A stretch of DNA of 64,000 bases from Raillietiella orientalis (lineage: Eukaryota). The notes under the pieces were generated by a model. That model was not told where the DNA came from. It saw nothing but the letters and a program-made list of their open reading frames with translations, and made no database searches. Shown piece by piece: positions 39,550-48,489 of the stretch (its first letter is position 1; every line of letters begins with the position of its first letter). Made by a program: the position numbers and the translations under genes. The stretch covers positions 1,302,001-1,366,000 of the forward strand of contig JAYWIR010000019.1 of assembly GCA_036172245.1 (NCBI GenBank), read 5' to 3'.

Positions 39550-42110
39550 GCCTTTTTGCTTGACCCTTCTGTGCTGACCAGCACTGACAGCCCTCCGAGA
39601 ACAGCTTTCCTGCTTGGTACCTCCGTCTCCTGGGTAACGCGGAGGGGGAATCGCCTTTAGAGATCGTTCCCGTTCCATCCGACCTCAGCAAAGTTCGTGA
39701 TGGAGTTTCCTCCATAGAGCCACCCTCCTTCTCCCATCCTTTTGCATCCGTGGAGGCATCTCGCGCTCCCAAGTCCAGGTCAGTCATCTCTCCATGATGG
39801 AGGGACTCCATTGCATACTCCGCAGATTGCTCCTCCAGATGATCAACAGCTGCTCCCTCCGGAGCCCGGAATCTGTGAGCTCCGGTGAGCTGCCTCCTCT
39901 TCGAAACCTGTCTTCGATTTGGGATTTCGGCTTTCCCCCATGGCAACAAAAACAAAACCGGCGGGTACGAGAGGGTAGGATGAAAAATAGGAAGATCTCG
40001 GGAGTGCATTTGCATCCAGGGTTCCCCTCCGAGCTTTCTCACGGAGAGGTCTCCCGCGGACATGGCCGTCGCCACCGCAACTATACGGTGACGGAATGAT
40101 CGCGGGGGCTCTCCTCTCTGTAGCTGGGCTTAGGCTAAGCCGTTAAGTGGCCGCAGCTGCCCGCAAGAATGCGCCCGCTCATTTCTAGCGGGGACTTTCC
40201 GTGAAGTGGAGGATTTTCCGCTCGGACGCCGGCGGCTTTGCCTGTGGGAGCTCAGGGGTAGGAAGGGACTTGATGTGCTCTTCCCGCTCTGCAGCTGACA
40301 CGTGCCGCCATCTTCCAATCACCGTCTTCTATTTCCTCCCACCCACCCCTACCCAATGTTCGTGAGGGAATTCCGCGACACGCAACCACGGCCGGTCCGC
40401 TTCCCTCCGCTGCCATTCCTTTTCCAGTGCTTCCCGTGGACCTCTGGGAGAGCGATCGCAGGAGTGCATCAGCATGGCTTCCTTGCTCTTTTCGCTCTTT
40501 CGGGACTGCTGCTTTCTATGACGAGGGACTTACTCCCTTCCTCCTCCTTTCCTCCCTTCCTCCTCTTCCCAAGTAAAACAAAGTACAGAGAGTTACAGAA
40601 AGTAAAGCGAAGACGTTTGGCATTCGCTTGGATGACAGGTGGAAGATTCCCGTTCTTCTGGAGGAAATGTTGGTCACTCTGTGTGGCAAGAAGCAACGAT
40701 GGCTCTGCATAAAAAGAGAGTGACTCCTTATCTAGTTTCTTCCTCCAAGAAGAAAATCGAAGCGTCTGGAAGATTCTTGCTAGAAATTCTTCTCTTTCTG
40801 CTTCGCTTCCGTTCTGCTTGAAGGAGGTATGAGCAACGTACGGAATTTTCTCTCGGGGAATGGCGGAGCAAGAAAGGCAAGGGTCAAAGAGAGCTGCAGC
40901 TGTCTACCTATTTCATGAATACAACAGATTTGGCAGCAGTCTCTTCCATCACTAAAGAATGTTTTCACGGGTCCGTAGAGGGAGTCTTCTGCTAGATCTC
41001 CAGCTGCGAAAAAATAGATCCCCTAGAACCATCATTCGAATGACTAAAACCTCTGGTACTTCGAGCAGCAAGAACACACAAATGATTATTCTAATACCTT
41101 GTGGTCCAACCTCTTGCGGAGCGCCTGACGGCAGTGGGCTGTTGAGTCCTCGGCTGCATATCAGGGAATGCTTCCTGAGAGTCTTTGCCCCCTGCGACAT
41201 TTGCTGCCACGACCTCTGGAATTGGTGATGCAGGACACAGTAGAGTGGAGGATTTTATCCACCACACCTCTTGCCGCAGGGCTGCCTTTCCTCAGAGAAA
41301 GAGATAACAGTAGCCTACAGGCGAGGTGGGAGTTCTCCTGCATCCATCATGGGAAGGACGAAACTTCTTGGCAGCTGGAAGACGCGCGAGTTGATGGATG
41401 CTGCCACTCCGCGTGCTGTGGCGACGGGACTACTTCGGCAGAGTGAACTTTTGAGTGTACCCCTAGAAGAGCTTCTGATTTCTCCTTAATTTCTGGACAC
41501 TTATGCACTTCCCCTCTCTTGGAAGCAGGCTGGGCTGCTCTTTCTCTACTGGGGATTAGTGCAGCGAGTGGTGGCACTTTCGTTTCCGCAGGAGTTCCAT
41601 CCCCGAACTGCGCCAGCTGTGGGTCGGCGGAGTCAATCCCACCGCACCTGCTTTTGAACTGCGATCCGCTCCAGGGACTGTGACTGAGGCTGGCAACAGA
41701 GCTCCCGCACGAGGAAGACACCGTCCGCGACCTGCCGAGACGGTTCTTCGCGCCGGGAGAACTCACGACGGGCGCAGCGATCACAACCATCGGTTGCATC
41801 CGTGCCGTCGTCACGACTCGCCATGTGCTGGAGACGACGACGCAGCGCAAGGAGGTCACAGGGATCGCAGCCGCCTACATGATGGATGTTGCAAGGTGAC
41901 CTCATCTCCAAGAAGTCAAGCAGGAAATCGGCGGTATCCAGAGCCGGTTTTGTACGGTGGACACTGGTGAGCCCTTTCCTTAGCCTCCATTTATTTTATT
42001 TTATCTTATTTTATCTTGTCTCCTTCCCCACTCCTTTTCGCTCCGTAACTTTCCCGGTTCTTGTATGTTGATCCCGTTGAATACAGAACGAACCCAAGGA
42101 CCCTTGTTCC
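39550..42110 (+). mobile_element. 5'-truncated L1 from RT to the 3' end
   Basis: GNRL..FHPTSAKFV and DFGFP (RT), then DAATP..ALPLSWKQAGLL and CASCGSAESIPPHLLLNC. A T-rich UTR start follows as in the sister copies, but the rest of the UTR is more decayed. Confidence 0.65.
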
Positions 42111-42399
42111 AGCATCCCGGATTTCCTCCTTTTTTTGTTATCCTTCCTTCCTTCCCCGTTCCGGACTTTTCGATGTCCTGATCAGCGTCTCGGCAGACCC
42201 TCCCTTCAACTTCTTTTGTCGTTAGCTGGCGACCAGCGTGTTCTCAGCTGGTTTATTTTTATAGAACAGGTGAACAGGTGAAAAACTTTTTGTGGAAGTT
42301 GGCGAGTCTTCTGAAGTCCATGGAAGGCAGGTGTGCGCCATCAGACGCCTCTCATAGAGTTCTCACGCTCTGCGGAGCGACAAAAACATTCTCCCCTTC

Positions 42400-43410
42400 C
42401 TTCTCCTCCTCCCTTCCTTCTTTCTCTTCTTCCTCCTCTCACCAAGCCTGTTGAGGCGCGAAGGCCCTCAACAGGCGTGCGAGCCACCACCAGACGAGGA
42501 TCACGCAGGGGCACGGAGAACCGGTGACCTCAGTCGAGAGAGTTGCTCCAGGAGGCTTTTCCTCGAGCATTTCACAAGCGTCCACGTCGCCGTACGTAAG
42601 ACCCAGGACAAAGGTTCCTTCCCTTGTATTAATGTACTGTGATGAACATGGACGGAGCTGCAAGAGACGGGATGCATTGCTCTCATTCCAACAGAAAATT
42701 CCTCACTGATCACTCACTGGCGTGCTCTTGGCACCCGCTACCTCTCCAGACAAATATTCCGGGAGAAGAACATGATGACCCAGACAAGTGAACAGGGAGC
42801 GATCGCTCCTCTGGATACGTTGAATTGTCATCAATCCTCCCGATCCCTTAGCGGAAGCATCCTCCAGATTTTTCGTGGTCAGTAAAGAAGGAAGCAAATG
42901 TCTGCCGGCTCCCCAGCGATGCAGGAAAAATTGCTGCATGTTCCATACAATATCAACGGTCTTTGGAAGTGCACTGGAGAAAAGACGTTGCCGAAAGCCA
43001 AATAATAAAGCAATGATTCATCATAACAAAAATGGCCTTTGCGACGTGCTGGAGACGCAGATACCGTCCTTAAATTGATTGAGATTTCTAGGTCATTCGG
43101 AGGAAATCTTTTCAGGAGAAAATCACCTTTTTGGCTTTCAAAGAGATTTATGGCTCCCGGCTTCACGTCAAGATTTCACTCTCATTGTTTATTGATTAAT
43201 TGTCATTGGAGTGATGTCTGCGATGTCCAGTTTCGCGAACAGTGAAAATCAGCCAGAATCTCCAATTGCGCAATGAAGAGAGTACAGCCTCCCAGCCGCC
43301 ACATCGGCCGAAACTCCAGTTCCTGTGCTTCAGCAACCACAACACACGAGTAGTTGATCGCTGAGTACGACATCTTCCCGACTAACTGCAGGAGTTCGCT
43401 ACTGAGAGTC
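42400..43410 (-). mobile_element. Diverged hAT transposase fragment
   Basis: EDASAKGSGG..FTCLGHHVLL (TDNA and CxxH), intron 42658-42717, and KPPGATLSTE..VILVWWWLARLLRAF. 42460-42555 aligns at the nucleotide level with the three-copy core. Confidence 0.65.
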
Positions 43411-43412
43411 GC

Positions 43413-44520
43413 TTCAAACTTCTGACCACTTGGGATGCGAAATCGTAAAATCCAATCACAGAGGATGCTGCGTTCGATGGCGGGAGAGTGGCCACGCGCA
43501 CCATCGCCGCCCGCAAGATTTCACGCGCGTGGACGTCGGCAGAAAGCTCAGCGGTCCCACCGGAAGCATCTCGGCCCTCGGCTCGCAGGAGTTTCCGCAG
43601 GCTGCAGTCACGCGCGCGCTCGAAATGGAAAGCGCCCGAGGTCACGTTCGCAAACTCCCCACTCGGCGCGCGCAAAACCATCTCCGACCCACTCGACGCA
43701 CGCGAGGCAGGGCGGACGGCCTTGTCGCCGACCACGCGCCCACCACCGTCAGCAGGTGCTCACGGACGGCGCCCATCGCCTGCGCACACCAGGCAAGAAG
43801 ACCTTCAACAGCAGGCAGTCAGCCACCACCACACGAGGATGACGCAGACGCGTGGAGAACCGCAGATCTCGATCGAGAGGGTTGCCCCGGGAGCTGGCAG
43901 TCTCCAGCCCGGACTCTTCCGGCAGATGAGGCACCTACACCAACCGAACAGGCGTAGCGCTCCAGGGTGGAGGAAAGGTTGCCATCCCGGGCGTCCCTTG
44001 CCCTTGCGTGCCGTCCAACAAGCGACCACGTGTTGAGGAAACGGAAAATTCCCCAGGGGATAGGCGGAGCTCGCACACACGTGGATGAAACACGCAGTGT
44101 TCACGGGGACGCGCAACGGCAGACGTCAGACCGAGTCGCTCCCTCTGCAACGGAGGGCTTCCAAGAATCACGAGATGGAGCTGAAGAGAAGAAAGGCGCG
44201 AAGAAAGAGACGGCGGAACCCCCCCCCCCCCCCTCGTCTGTCTGTCTTTCTGCACCTTCTCTTCAGGAGCAACACGACTGAGGAGACTTCAGGCGAGGTG
44301 GAGGCGGTGTGAACTGCGCATCCTGCGTGGAAGACCGAACCGGATGGCTGCGTTTTCGCAATCACCGGGAGAAAGCCCAAGGAGAACTGAAGTTTGAATT
44401 TTCTTCAGTTCTGACGCGGAAGCAGCAATTTGTGCACGTCTTTGCCGTCCCTGAACGTCTGCGAGCTAAGCCGTGGCTCAGTGCGCTACTGAGGTCACTG
44501 TCATGGCAAAACTCTCTGTT
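43413..44520 (-). repeat. Dispersed repeat copy 3 of 3 (internal hAT segment, longest overlap)
   Basis: Near-identical to copies 1 and 2. Its intron at 44181-44255 has a C15 run, versus C8 and C7 in the other copies. Confidence 0.97.
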
Positions 44521-44637
44521 CTCTATGCGGCTGAGGCTTTATTCGGTTGTGAGGTGTCGACGGAAATCCGGAACGCCGAAATCGCGAAAGATCACAAACA
44601 CATAAACACACAGATCAATTTAGAACCTTTTTTTAAT

Positions 44638-44760
44638 ATATGCATTGTTGTCCGTATTTAAAAAAATTTGATATGCATTGTTGTCCGTAATAAAAAAATT
44701 ATTTGCATTGTTGTCTGTGTTTAATTTTTTTTGATATGCATTGTTCTCCGTATTTATTAA
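44638..44760. repeat. Minisatellite, four units of ~30-33 nt (atatgcattgttgtccgta plus an A/T run)
   Basis: Units start at 44638, 44671, 44701 and 44734. Confidence 0.9.
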
Positions 44761-44916
44761 CATACATATTATCGACAGTAATATTTCTGAAATGGATATA
44801 TTTCTTAAGATTCAGTGGCACGCATTTTATTAACAAAATTAATAAGTTGTTGATTATACTGTTGATTTGTATGCATGATAAAGATCCTAAATAATAAATA
44901 GGTATGCTTATCATAC

Positions 44917-44936
44917 ATATATATATATATATATAT
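44917..44936. repeat. (AT)10 microsatellite
   Basis: Directly visible. Confidence 0.95.
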
Positions 44937-45199
44937 TACATATGTAAGAAAATATGAATATATAAATTAAGGTATATATTATGAAGATAATAAAAAAATA
45001 AATATATATTCATTTGTATATTGATATGAATTAATGGTGCGGGAGATTTTGAACCTGACGCGGTTGTGAGGTGAGTTCAAGACCGCGTCCTTCAATATTG
45101 GATGCTGTAGAAATTCCATTTGTCATCGCTTTTTTCTTTTAACCAAAAAGGGAAAAAAAGGAAGCCGTCCCAGGAAGAGAAACGCGTACTAGCTTACCG

Positions 45200-46350
45200 A
45201 GGTAGTTTTTGCACCAGTAGCTCCTATCTACATTTGATGCATCCTTCAAAGCTGCCACTTAGAAACGGACAACTGATAAACAGGTTTACCCATCTCCATG
45301 GATAAGTGGAAATGTGAAATGTGACGCACGGTGGAATGTCCCCGTGCCAGGGAGAATTTCGTGAAGGGAGGCGAGTGCCGAGGTTAGCCCAAAGCGAATT
45401 CCTGGAGACGTTTCGGTTGGGATTTCGACATGTTTTTGTACAACAAATGCCGATCGGTCGCGAAGACTCCCTGCCCAAGGAATTCTTTGTTCGTTCATTC
45501 TTTTGGTACTTTCTGATCGAGTCGACGTCGGAGAGGGTGAAGCAGCCATCGTTGCCTTCTGGAGAGGATTCCAATGCTTTGCAGAAATCTGTTAGGTTCT
45601 GCTCTATTTCCTGTTCTAATTTAATTTGCATTCGACGTGAGATTCGTTCTGTACTATCAGACTGCATCTACATCTGTGAGGAACACGTATATAAAGCCGT
45701 CGCAGCAACTAAAAAGAGGAATTACCTTTTCTTTGAAACTTCTCTTCGTCGCAGAGAAGAAAAAAGGGGGAAAAAAAATGCAAGCATTCCAACAGTGTTG
45801 CCATTTATTTTCTTGTTGTGTTTCCAGAGGTCATGGCAAAGAATGGGAATTTCCATCGGTGCGGCAGAATCCCATTCATTGCTCGGCTCTCAGTAAAGAC
45901 AAGTCACCTCAGATCAGTCCCTTTCTGGAGACGTACCTGAGGCGGCATGTCTTCACTGCCAGCAGGGACCTAAAGCACTCCAGAAGCCTTCATGGTTCCT
46001 GGGGCTCTGATCTCAGTAGCTACTGGGCTTTCTTGCGTCCTGCTCATGGAGAGGGAATACTTGTACAATACAATGAGCTGTCACAGATGCCATTATTGGA
46101 ATTGCATGCTGCGGATTCACGAGAACACTGAACTGGTGTCTGCATCCTGCGAAGAAGGAAGGCTCTGATTTCCGTGCAGAAGCATAAAGGTGCAGAGATT
46201 GAATCTTCTGCAAAGGGGGACTGCAGGATAAAATTGGCTTATGGGGAAGGAACTTCGGAAACAAACCAGGAGACCAATTTCCCCCAGGATTCAGTATCTG
46301 AAAGATTTTTGCTTGCTGCTAGCACCTGTGTTTCCCTGCTTCTCCTCTCC
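45200..46350 (-). mobile_element. L1 endonuclease and linker relic
   Basis: LHLYASARKSEPSFF (NxYAP..FF), TCRLRYV (SRLDY), LWKHN (WKLN), then a coiled-coil-like linker. Confidence 0.5.
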
Positions 46351-46779
46351 TTGCATATCTCTCTCTGTACCTTCCTCTTCTTTGTACCCGCGTTTATCTC
46401 TGTTACTGCCTTTGACTTCGATTCTGCCTTTGTCCCTGAAGGAGGAATTCATTCCGTTTTTCGCTTACCACTATTGGAAGTCACAGAATTCGTAGATCCA
46501 GGAATCTCCTCTGGAAAGAATGCAGTTTCTGCCTGCAGCATCAGCCTCTCAATATCTTATGACCTCTTGCTCATGATCAGTCATCCTAAAAAGAATGTCA
46601 GCTTAAATTTGCAGGTCGGGAAGTGAAGACACTGGATGCGGCAGAAGACCCACAGGAGTCAAGAGATCACAAGATGTTCAAAGACCGATGCTGCATGAAG
46701 CAGCTGCATTTTTCAGAGTCGACCGGCAAAAAACCACCTCATTATCGACGAGGAGGAGCAAAGTCAGCCAAAGTCGAAA

Positions 46780-48480
46780 AGCGTGGGTGCCTGAGAGAAA
46801 GAGCAGAAGGGCGAATCGATTCACTGGAGAGATGACAGGACTTCCAGAGGCACTTTGTCAGTGTGAAGAAGAAGGGAGAGTGAGGATGAGATTGAACTTC
46901 AACTCTTGAAGAGAGATGCCTCTCGAACGAGAGGCAGAGGAACCGGAAGGCGGCATGTCTTTAAAGGGTTCTCTGGAACAGCTACGCACTCGGCCGGGCA
47001 GAGTCCGTGTCGGATAATTAATGAAAAGGTTCGTTCACTACGATGCCCCTGGAGATTGAGAGCAGGCTCTGGACCCGTTTGCTGCGACGCCACTCCGCGC
47101 TTATGCGACACGGTCCAGCGCCTGCTTGGAATCTCCAGGAGCATCGTAGTGAACGAACCTCCTCGTTAAGACAGCACGAAAACTGCTCGTTTCTCCCATG
47201 AGGAACGAGGGACAAATGCACCTTTCCTGCCACAGCCCACTGATTTCCAGATTCTCTCTCCCTCTTTTTTTTGTTCCTAATCCTAGGTTTGTCATTTCTC
47301 TTTCCATCGTTTTCACTCTGCAGCTAAGCCCTTTGGCATCCTGGAGAACTTTGGAAAAGAGGAGAGTGCGCGGCCAGAGCTTTCGGGGAAGCGCAAAATC
47401 CTAGAAACACCTCAGGTAAAGATGAAGTGGAAATGCTCTTCTGGAACCCAAACCCACAGCTCCCCATGCTGGAAACAGGCTTTTTGCGGCGGGGAGGTTC
47501 CTCGTGTTTCAGATTCCTTTTTCCCCATCATCGTGACCTCGAGCGGGTCATTACGCACTTTCCATGACTTCTTGTGAAGGGTGTATGGGCTTAACATCTA
47601 TTACCTTTCTCAGCACGATCCAGATCAATTGATCCTTATTTACTGCCAGGAGCTCCGGAATCGTTTTTTGGTTCCGTTTCCCAGCCAAGAGAGCGACTCT
47701 CCAGAGCTGCACGAATGATGATGGAGCCGACCATTCGAAAACGAACCTAAGAGCACATCTGTGTTGCCATGTGAACACATCTTTTCTCTCTCTTTCTTTC
47801 TCTCTCTCTATCAGAATTGCATATGGCAGATGCGTCACCGTCTTTGGAAGACAAAGAGTCCACAGGCGCATCAAGTCGACAAGCACTGTCCATTATCTGC
47901 AATCGGGATTAGTTCGCTAGGAGTACGAGGATGGAATCGGGAACAGCAATCTTCCTCCTAGTAACCGGTATTCCTAGGTCAACGTTGAAATGCTGCTTTG
48001 TTATCGATCTGCACGGGGACTTCCTGTGGTGAACGGAAAGGGATGCAACGTGAAACGGGACGCATACCTTGCTCCTCTCTGGAAAGCGCAATTTCGGAAA
48101 ACCTGGATGCTGAATAACAAATGGATGTCATTCAGAAAGTCGATCCCAAGCTGCAAGAACCCGACTGCCGTCACATAAATTGCAGAGTAAACACCTCGCG
48201 CGCTCGGATGCGCTGCAGATGTTTTCTGAAAATTGCTGCAAACTGAGAGGATCGATTTATCCCTCCACACTGTGGCTGCGTTTTTCTCCTCCTCCAGGAC
48301 CGTTTCACAGAATCCCGAAGCGGGACCTGGATGAGAAAACGCGTCTCTGCATTCGGAACAGCATCTCTCCATGACGACAAGAGTTGCGAAATTTCCGTCG
48401 TCACCGGATGGTGCAGCGAGTTTGCAGTTCTTGGATTCCATGTTCCTGACGCCCTAAGAGCTGCCTTTCGATATTCGGTA
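46780..48480 (+). mobile_element. Decayed L1 RT and post-RT segment
   Basis: RANRF, QLSPL, PHAGN (YADD-like), VYGLNI (SGL.IN), and DFLW..LLLSGKRNFG. Confidence 0.45.
47018..47169. repeat. 152-nt fold-back with ~60-bp imperfect arms, TTAA at both ends (MITE-like or pre-miRNA-like)
   Basis: The left arm aggttcgttcactacgatgcccctggagatt..agcaggctctggacc pairs with ggtccagcgcctgct..aatctccaggagcatcgtagtgaacgaacct. Confidence 0.92.
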
Positions 48481-48489
48481 GCTACGATG

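Larger units (their letters stand above)
44544..45073. mobile_element. AT-rich 504-nt insertion flanked by a 13-bp direct repeat (putative TSD)
   Basis: cggttgtgaggtg at 44544-44556 and 45061-45073 brackets the most AT-rich island in the window. No terminal inverted repeats. Confidence 0.6.

Noticed and set aside
42264..42279. 8-bp tandem duplication (gaacaggt x2) as a hAT excision footprint
   Set aside because: Similar short tandem duplications of other lengths occur (~3215, ~20560, ~49773), so it is not distinctive.
44638..44760. CRISPR-like array
   Set aside because: The intervening sequences are short A/T runs rather than unique spacers, there are no cas genes, and the context is eukaryotic.
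45035..45110. Functional tRNA-Ser(UGA) gene
   Set aside because: No acceptor-stem partner or D-arm, no long variable arm, and a weak T-stem. Kept only as a possible relic.
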